A stretch of 35,140 bases of DNA from an uncultured Verrucomicrobiota bacterium (GTDB taxonomy: Bacteria > Verrucomicrobiota > Kiritimatiellia > RFP12 > UBA1067): contig CAMOXA010000002.1 of NCBI GenBank assembly GCA_946628745.1, forward strand, positions 1 through 35,140, in the 5' to 3' direction. Under the pieces are notes generated by a model. That model saw only the letters and a program-made list of their open reading frames with translations. It did not search any database and was not told where the DNA came from. Every line of letters starts with the position of its first letter. The stretch's first letter is position 1. The translations under genes were made by a program, and so were the position numbers. This document shows, in pieces, positions 29,016 to 35,140 of this stretch.

Positions 29016-30701
29016 ATGGATCATATCAGAACATATTTGTTTTTGTTCGCGTTGGCGCTGGTGCTGACGGCTTTCCCGGCCGGCGCCGCCGCTACGCCCG
29101 CGGCCGCGGTCGACGGGACGGTCCGCAAGAGCGCGGCGCCCGCTGCACTGTATGCAGAGGCGGACGACCCCGTGGCGGCCGAGTGTATCGCCGACGAGTC
29201 TGCGTCCGAAGACCAGCTCGTAAGCGAGCCCGTCGTCATCGATGCGCAGGCTGTCGCGGAGGCCGCGGCGAAAGAGAAGGCCGTCGAAGAAGCGCGACTC
29301 GAGGCCGCCGCGAAGGAGAAGGCGGCGGCGGAACTCAAGGCCGAGGCCCAGCTTGAGCGCAGGCGCATCTCGACGCGGGTGTTCCGCCTCGCCCACGCCA
29401 GCGCCGAAGAGGTCGCGGCCCGGTTCAACGCCACTTGGAGCGGCGATTTCGGCACGACATGGAAGGTCGCCAAAATCGCGCAGGCCTTCCCGGAAGCGAA
29501 CGCTGTCATGGTCACCGCGCCGCAGATGGTACTCGACGCTTGCGAAAAGGTCGTCGAGGAAGTCGACGTGGAGGTTCCCCAGGTGTATATCGAGGCGCGT
29601 TTCATAGAACTCGCCAACAACGCGTCGCACAAGCTCGGCATCGACTGGCAGATGCTGGACGGCATGAAGGGGTCGCTCTCGCTCGACGCGGGTTTGAACG
29701 TGCGTAAAGTGAAAGGCGTCTCCTCCTACAACAGCGCCGACGGGACCTACACGCTGTCCGGTACGGACGGCGGCAAGTCCACCGCGAATCTCTCGCACAT
29801 AAACGGCACGATCGGCATGAGCGAGCTTTACGTGATTCTGCGCGCGCTGGAGTCGTCCGAAGACGCGCGCACGTTCTCCAACCCGAAGATTATAGTGTCG
29901 TCCGGCAAGAAGGCCAATATCGACATGACGACAAAATACCCGAACGTCAAGATATCGGCCAAGAGAACGACGAACTCGGGCGGCGACTCGCTCGACCTTG
30001 ACATGCAGATGGCGTCGATACCCGGCGAGGACAAGCTGATGTTCGCCAACGAATCGTTCTTCAGCTGGGGGATATCGCTCGACGTGACGCCTCGCATATC
30101 GACGAACGGTCTTATAAACGTGCAGATCGTGCCGACGATTTCGTCGCGCTCCGACTGGGTCGTCTCGGGCACGATGGACGATTCCGACGCGGGTACCATT
30201 TCGGCGAAGTATCCCGTCATAGACGTGCAGCGGCTCGTCACGGAATTCAACATGGCCAGCGGTTCCACGGCGGTCATTGGCGGGCTTTCGGTGACGGTCG
30301 AGACCCAGAAGGACAACGGCATACCGTGGCTTAGAGACTGGTGGTGGATAGGCCCGAGGCTCTTCGGCTCGAAGGTTCGCGTCAAGGAGCAGCGCGAAAT
30401 AGTCGTTTTCGTCACCGTCGGCATTGTCGACCCGAGAGACATAAAATCCGACGCGGGGCTGCCGAAAAACGCCGTTCTCGGCAGGCAGTACACCGAAGAC
30501 ATCCGCCGCGAACCCGGCGACCGCAAGCGCCAGCGGGCGGAAGGCATGAAGTCCCTTGATATGCGCTCGCTCGAAGAGCAGTACGCCGACCCGCGCCGCA
30601 CGAACCGCGTCCAGCGCGCGGAGTGGTCGCTCGGCGACATTGCGCTGCCGTTTACGAAAGATCCAAACTATAAACCAAACAACCAAAACGAAAGGCATTA
30701 A
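29016..30701 (+). CDS. Short orphan secretin (type II/III secretion system secretin family), 561 aa
   Basis: The signal peptide is YLFLFALALVLTAFPAGAAA. An A/E/K-rich coiled segment precedes an N-domain, RVFRLAHASAEEVAARF...VMVTAPQMVLDACEKVVEEVD. The secretin core includes QVYIEARFIELANNASHKLGIDW, ARTFSNPKIIVSSGKKANI and GGLSVT...NGIPWLRDWWWIGPRLFGS...REIVVFVTVGIV. Confidence 0.85.
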   Translation: MDHIRTYLFLFALALVLTAFPAGAAATPAAAVDGTVRKSAAPAALYAEADDPVAAECIADESASEDQLVSEPVVIDAQAVAEAAAKEKAVEEARLEAAAKEKAAAELKAEAQLERRRISTRVFRLAHASAEEVAARFNATWSGDFGTTWKVAKIAQAFPEANAVMVTAPQMVLDACEKVVEEVDVEVPQVYIEARFIELANNASHKLGIDWQMLDGMKGSLSLDAGLNVRKVKGVSSYNSADGTYTLSGTDGGKSTANLSHINGTIGMSELYVILRALESSEDARTFSNPKIIVSSGKKANIDMTTKYPNVKISAKRTTNSGGDSLDLDMQMASIPGEDKLMFANESFFSWGISLDVTPRISTNGLINVQIVPTISSRSDWVVSGTMDDSDAGTISAKYPVIDVQRLVTEFNMASGSTAVIGGLSVTVETQKDNGIPWLRDWWWIGPRLFGSKVRVKEQREIVVFVTVGIVDPRDIKSDAGLPKNAVLGRQYTEDIRREPGDRKRQRAEGMKSLDMRSLEEQYADPRRTNRVQRAEWSLGDIALPFTKDPNYKPNNQNERH

Positions 30702-31718
30702 ATGAAGTTGAAAATAATGGCGGCGGCCCTGGCGGCCGCGGTCGCCGCGGCCGCGCAGGCGGACAAGGTGACGCTCAAATCCGGCTCGTTCCTGACCGGC
30801 GTCGCGGGAGAGATCGCGGGCGACGAGCTTAAGTTCAAGTCGGACGACCTGGGCGACATCAAGATCAAGCTCGCGAATATCGCGTCGATGGAGTCCGCCA
30901 AGAAGCACGTTATCGTCTATACCGACAAGACCCGCGAAGAGGCGGAACTCGTCGTCGACGAAGGCGCTCTCATGAAAGACGGCGACAAGCTCGACATGGG
31001 CAAGGTCAAGACGATCGACCCCGAGGCCGAGGCGTGGCACGGCAGCGTCAACCTTTCCGCTTCGATGGCGCGCGGCAACACGGTCAGCGAATCGGCGACG
31101 CTTCTCGCGGACGCCAACCGCCGCTGGGAGTACAACCGCTTCACGTCTTCGCTCGGCTACTACTTCGCGCAGAGCGGCGACACCAAGGCGAGCAAGCAGA
31201 AGACCGCCAGCCGTTTCGAAGTGAACGGACAGGATGACATCTTCTTCTTCGGCGACGGCGTCTACGCCTATGTTAACGGCAAGTACGAGTTCGACAAGAT
31301 CATGGACCTCGAACGCCGCCTCCGCCTCGGCACCGGTCTCGGCTACCAGTGGCTCGAGGGCGTCGCGGTCGGCCCCGGCAAGCTCAGCTTCAACCAGGAA
31401 CTCGGCTTCTCCTGGGTTGATGAAAAGTACGAGCACAAGGACGGCGACGACTTCGCGACGCTTCGCTACGCCCACCACCTGGCGTGGTCCGTCGGCTGGA
31501 TCGAGAACTTCGACATCACTCACAACTTCGAATACCTGCCCGACCTCGAGGATCTCGGCGACAACTATCTCATTGATACGGATATCGGCTTCGGCTACAT
31601 GTTCCTGCCCAGCTGGCAGTTCGTCGCCAAGATCGAGTGGGACTACGCCCGCAAGACCGCGCCCGGCGTGAAGCACAGCGACCTTCGCTACATGCTCGGC
31701 GTCGGCTACAAGTGGTAA
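30702..31718 (+). CDS. DUF481-like (YdiY family) outer-membrane beta-barrel protein, 338 aa
   Basis: The ATG immediately follows the secretin TAA. The signal peptide is MAAALAAAVAAAAQA. The N-terminal block DKVTLKSGSFLTG...GDIKIKLANI precedes WHGSVNLSASMARGNT, alternating amphipathic strands, LGTGLGYQW and a C-terminal LGVGYKW with an aromatic terminus. Assigned from recalled family features. Confidence 0.65.
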   Translation: MKLKIMAAALAAAVAAAAQADKVTLKSGSFLTGVAGEIAGDELKFKSDDLGDIKIKLANIASMESAKKHVIVYTDKTREEAELVVDEGALMKDGDKLDMGKVKTIDPEAEAWHGSVNLSASMARGNTVSESATLLADANRRWEYNRFTSSLGYYFAQSGDTKASKQKTASRFEVNGQDDIFFFGDGVYAYVNGKYEFDKIMDLERRLRLGTGLGYQWLEGVAVGPGKLSFNQELGFSWVDEKYEHKDGDDFATLRYAHHLAWSVGWIENFDITHNFEYLPDLEDLGDNYLIDTDIGFGYMFLPSWQFVAKIEWDYARKTAPGVKHSDLRYMLGVGYKW

Positions 31719-31749
31719 GACCGCTCGCGGTGAAACGGGGTTCCGGGCT

Positions 31750-33180
31750 ATGAGAGTCGCGATAGCCTATCCGCCGCTCGAGAGCGGCAAAGGCGTGCCG
31801 CTCCTCACCCAGAACCGCCAGTTTCAGTGGTTCTCGCGCCCGACGTACATATTCCCGGTGGTCCCCGCTACAGCGGCGACCATGCTCAAGGAAGCCGGGC
31901 ACGAGATTCTTTTTTTGGACGGAATCGCCGCGGAGCTCTCCGCGGCGGAATTCGAGCGGCGGCTTGAGGCGTTCGCGCCCGACCTGGTCGTCCTCGAGAC
32001 CAAGACGCCCGTCGTCAAGCGCCATTGGCGCTGGATTCGCAACGCGGCCGGCCGGTTCAAGACTGCTCTCGTCGGCGACCATGTCACCGCTCTGCCGGAA
32101 GAGTCGATGGCGGCTTGTCCGGTGGACCTCGTGCTGACAGGCGGCGATTGGGATTTTCTTCTCAAGAACGTGGCCGACAGCGGCATGGACCCTTCGAAGT
32201 ACGAGCCGGGCATATGGTACCGCGACGGCGGCGAGGTCAAGTCGACGGGGCCCTTTCGCCTCGACCACGATCTCGCCCGGGCGCCGCGCATCGACCGCGA
32301 TCTCGTCGACTGGCGGCTCTATTCGAAAAAGAACGGCAACTTCAAGCGCACCCCCGGCACCTACATAATGGCCGGCCGCGACTGCTGGCACGCGAAATGC
32401 ACGTTCTGCAGCTGGACTACTCTCTACCCCTCGTACCGCACGCGCAGCGCGGCGGATGTCGTTGACGAAATCGAAATGCTCGTCGACAAGTACGGCGTCA
32501 AGGAGATAATGGACGATTCGGGCTCCTTCCCGGTCGGACGGTGGCTCAAGACGTTCTGCTCGCTCATGATCGAACGCGGACTGAACAGGAAGGTGCGAAT
32601 CGACTGCAACATGCGCTTCGGCAGGCTCGGCCCGGAGGACTACGCGCTCATGAAGAAGGCCGGCTTCAGGCTGGTCCTGTTCGGTGTGGAGTCCGCCAAC
32701 CAGTCGACGCTCGACCGCCTCGCGAAGGGATTGCGCACCGGGGACGTGGAGCAAGGCGCGGCATGGGCGTCGAAAGCGGGCCTCGCCGTGCACCTCACTT
32801 TCATGTTCGGCTATCCGTGGGAAGGCCCCGCCGAGATGGCGAACACCGTCAGGCTCGCGCGAAGGCTGCTCGCCAACGGTCACGCCGCGACGCTCCAGTG
32901 CACCTTGACGATTCCGTATCCGGGCACTCCGCTTTTCAGGGAGCTTCAGGCCGGCGGAGGGCTCGCCACGCTCGACTGGGACGAGTACGACCAGCGGCGC
33001 GCCGTGATGAAAACGCCGCTTGCGAGCGAGGCGGACGTCAAAAAGGCGATCCGCGACGTCTATCGCGGCTTTCTCCAGCCGCGCGCGCTTCTGCATCTGG
33101 CGCGGCGCAACCTTTTCGATTTCGGCTTCTACTGGCGCGGGCTTAAATACCTGCGCGGACACTTGACGGATTTTTCATGA
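31750..33180 (+). CDS. B12-binding-domain radical SAM enzyme, 476 aa
   Basis: The N-terminal Rossmann-like B12 domain includes VAIAYPP...MLKEAGHEILFLDG...PDLVVLETKTP...ALVGDHVT. The cluster motif is GRDCWHAKCTFCSW. TIM-barrel blocks are VKEIMDDSG and FRLVLFGVESANQSTLD. Confidence 0.85.
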   Translation: MRVAIAYPPLESGKGVPLLTQNRQFQWFSRPTYIFPVVPATAATMLKEAGHEILFLDGIAAELSAAEFERRLEAFAPDLVVLETKTPVVKRHWRWIRNAAGRFKTALVGDHVTALPEESMAACPVDLVLTGGDWDFLLKNVADSGMDPSKYEPGIWYRDGGEVKSTGPFRLDHDLARAPRIDRDLVDWRLYSKKNGNFKRTPGTYIMAGRDCWHAKCTFCSWTTLYPSYRTRSAADVVDEIEMLVDKYGVKEIMDDSGSFPVGRWLKTFCSLMIERGLNRKVRIDCNMRFGRLGPEDYALMKKAGFRLVLFGVESANQSTLDRLAKGLRTGDVEQGAAWASKAGLAVHLTFMFGYPWEGPAEMANTVRLARRLLANGHAATLQCTLTIPYPGTPLFRELQAGGGLATLDWDEYDQRRAVMKTPLASEADVKKAIRDVYRGFLQPRALLHLARRNLFDFGFYWRGLKYLRGHLTDFS

Positions 33181-33205
33181 TCAATCACAAGCGAGGGTTC
33201 GACAT

Positions 33206-33946
33206 ATGAAAGCGATAATACCTGCGGCCGGTCTGGGCACGCGATTCCTGCCCGTCACGCGCGCGGTCCCGAAAGAAATGCTGCCCATCGGCGCGAAGCC
33301 TGCGCTTGAACTCATCGTCGACGAGGCGCGCGAGGCCGGGGCGGACGAAATAGAAATCGTCATTTCGCCCGGCAAGGAACTCGTCCGCCGCTATTTCGAA
33401 GGCGCGAAGGGCGTGTCGTTCGCGTACCAGCGCGAGCAGAAGGGTCTCGGACACGCCGTCCTCCAGGCGGCGGAATTCGTCCGGGACGAAAAAGGGCCGG
33501 TGCTGATTCTGCTTGGCGACGCGCTGGTCGCCGGATGCAACGCCGCCGCCGAGATGGTGGCCGTCTCGCGTGCGCGCGGCGGCGCGAGCGTCATCGGCTG
33601 CGAACGCGTGCCGCGCGAAAAAACCGGCAGATACGGCATACTTGAACCCGTAGACGGCACGATGGACGGGCGGTGCTTCAAAGTCGAGACGCTTGTCGAA
33701 AAGCCGCGCCCGGAAGAGGCGCCGAGCGACATCGCCGTCGCCGGTCGCTACCTGCTCGACCCGGCGGTTTTTCGCTATCTTGCCGACCAGACGGCCGGAG
33801 TCGGCGGCGAGATACAGCTTACGGACGCGATACGCCGGATGCTCGCCGAACGCGCGCTGTACGGCTGCATCTATCCGGGCAGGCGCCAGGATATCGGCAA
33901 TCCGGACGGATATTTCAAGGCGCTTGAAGCGTTCAGAAACGCATGA
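33206..33946 (+). CDS. Short GalU-like sugar-1-phosphate nucleotidyltransferase (UTP--glucose-1-phosphate uridylyltransferase family), 246 aa
   Basis: Motifs are KAIIPAAGLGTRFLPVTRAVPKEMLPI, QREQKGLGHAV, ILLGDALV, YGIL, VEKP and AVAGRYLL...GGEIQLTDAI. Confidence 0.85.
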   Translation: MKAIIPAAGLGTRFLPVTRAVPKEMLPIGAKPALELIVDEAREAGADEIEIVISPGKELVRRYFEGAKGVSFAYQREQKGLGHAVLQAAEFVRDEKGPVLILLGDALVAGCNAAAEMVAVSRARGGASVIGCERVPREKTGRYGILEPVDGTMDGRCFKVETLVEKPRPEEAPSDIAVAGRYLLDPAVFRYLADQTAGVGGEIQLTDAIRRMLAERALYGCIYPGRRQDIGNPDGYFKALEAFRNA

Positions 33947-33965
33947 CGCGAGAATAAGGTGGCAC

Positions 33966-35021
33966 ATGATGGAAACGGTAAACACGCGCAGTTTCGCGAG
34001 AGCGGGCTTTTTGGGCAACCCTTCCGACGGATATTTCGGCAAGACGATCAGTTTCGCATTCAACGAGTTCTGGGTCGATCTCAGATTGACCGAAAGCTCC
34101 CGCCTCAGATTCGTGCCGGGCGAAGTGGACGACGCGACATTCGAGTCGCCGGAGCAGCTCGTCCGTGATCTGCGGCTCTACGGCTATTACGGCGGCATTC
34201 GCATTCTGAAGGCCGTCACGAAAAGATTCTACGAATATTGCGTGCAGCACGGCATACGCCTGCCGTCGCGCAATTTCACGGCGGAATACAAGATAAACAT
34301 TCCGCGCCTCGTCGGGCTGTCCGGCTCGAGCGCGATATGCAGCGCGATGCTCAAGGCGCTGATGCGCTTCTACGAGGTGTGCATTCCGCTGGAGGATACC
34401 CCGACGATATGCCTCGAAGCCGAGCGGGAGGAGCTTGGCATAGCGTGCGGACTCCAGGATCGCGTCATACAGATGTATGGCGGGGTTGTGTTCATGGACT
34501 TCGAGCGCGAGCTTGTCGAGTCGACCGGACACGGCCGTTACGTGCGAATCGACCCGGCGAAACTGCCTAACGTATACGTCGCGTACGATCCGAACCGGGC
34601 CGAAGAAAGCGGCAAAGCCCACCGCAAGGTAAAGAACCGCTTCCAGCAGAACGACGCGTCGGTCGTTTCCGCCATGAAGGAATTCGCCGCGATAGCGCAG
34701 AGCGGCTATGACGCGCTTGAGGCCGGGCGGCTTGACGAGTTGCCGCGGCTCGTGAACGCCAACTTCGATTTGAGAGACAGGATATTCAATGTCGCGGCCG
34801 AAAACCGGCGCATGGTCATGACGGCCAGGTCGTCCGGGGCGAGCGCGAAGTTCGCCGGTTCAGGCGGCGCGATAGTCGGCACCTACGAGGACGATGCGCA
34901 GTTCGCGGCGCTCGAACGCGCTCTTGCCGGCATAGGCTGCCGCACGATACGTCCGGTTATCGCGACCGTGGCCGACGAGACGGCGAATCTCTCGGCGGGA
35001 ACCGGCTGGCGCAATTCGTAG
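33966..35021 (+). CDS. GHMP-family sugar-1-kinase resembling plant glucuronokinase, 351 aa
   Basis: The sequence is near-collinear with my recalled Arabidopsis glucuronokinase. Shared blocks are ARAGFLGNPSDGYFGKTIS..FNEFW, YGYYGGIRIL, NIPRLVGLSGSSAI (GHMP motif II), ELGI.CGLQDRV.Q.YGG.V.MDF, NFDLR.R.F and SAKFAGSGGAIVG (motif III). Confidence 0.8.
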   Translation: MMETVNTRSFARAGFLGNPSDGYFGKTISFAFNEFWVDLRLTESSRLRFVPGEVDDATFESPEQLVRDLRLYGYYGGIRILKAVTKRFYEYCVQHGIRLPSRNFTAEYKINIPRLVGLSGSSAICSAMLKALMRFYEVCIPLEDTPTICLEAEREELGIACGLQDRVIQMYGGVVFMDFERELVESTGHGRYVRIDPAKLPNVYVAYDPNRAEESGKAHRKVKNRFQQNDASVVSAMKEFAAIAQSGYDALEAGRLDELPRLVNANFDLRDRIFNVAAENRRMVMTARSSGASAKFAGSGGAIVGTYEDDAQFAALERALAGIGCRTIRPVIATVADETANLSAGTGWRNS

Positions 35022-35140
35022 ATTCCGTATCCCCCGGGCGTTTGTCGCATATGTCCTTTTATTGCCGCCTCTATAGTGTCAATAGTGATGTGCAAAATGA
35101 GGTGTTCGACGTAAAAATTGTCAATACAGTGAATAAAATT

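Noticed and set aside
34883-35095. 70-aa minus-strand ORF spanning the end of the kinase gene and the AT-rich spacer
   Set aside because: It mostly overlaps the 3' end of the well-supported GHMP kinase gene on the opposite strand. It has no ribosome-binding site or recognisable motif.
1-35140. Search for mobile elements, prophage genes, toxin-antitoxin or defence systems, and tRNA or rRNA genes
   Set aside because: No transposase, integrase or recombinase motifs, inverted terminal repeats, tRNA-like cloverleaf candidates in the short spacers, or known defence-gene signatures were seen. Every intergenic spacer is 80 nt or shorter; the 119-nt non-coding stretch at the window edge (35022-35140) is the only longer gap.

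Overview
GC-rich bacterial chromosomal segment with strong G/C bias at third codon positions. All 25 genes I can support lie on the + strand. The gene content fits a PVC-superphylum genome (Verrucomicrobiota, Kiritimatiellota or Lentisphaerota-like); this is inferred from gene families, not computed. The housekeeping backbone is pta (3' end), kdsD, coaE, rho, uvrA, recA, tig-clpP-clpX, panD, a CNNM/CorC pair and deoC. Four cell-envelope modules are interspersed. (i) 1389-9563 is a translationally coupled five-gene pilus-like/secretin locus: a secreted protein, a PilM-PilN fusion, an Amuc_1100-like protein, a Zn-ribbon/TSP3-repeat protein and a 1138-aa secretin. It is collinear with the Akkermansia muciniphila Amuc_1102->Amuc_1098 locus, and the window holds no pilin, ATPase or platform gene. 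(ii) 11700-15137, wedged between rho and uvrA, encodes a 1145-aa secreted repeat protein with Listeria-Bacteroides-type repeats and a PEPGT[ND] x6 linker. (iii) 25236-28961 encodes a 1241-aa internally duplicated DUF3857/transglutaminase-like protein. (iv) 29016-35021 is a tightly packed unit bounded by AT-rich spacers: a short, possibly leaderless orphan secretin, a DUF481-like beta-barrel, a B12-binding radical SAM enzyme with a CX4CX2C motif, a GalU-like nucleotidyltransferase and a plant-type glucuronokinase-like GHMP kinase. I found no tRNA or rRNA, CRISPR array, transposase or integrase, or recognisable defence genes. The many long minus-strand ORFs in the track are antisense shadows typical of high-GC DNA. 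The best candidates for poorly understood biology are modules (i) and (iv). Every homology statement comes from motif recognition by eye and needs an HMM or BLAST check.
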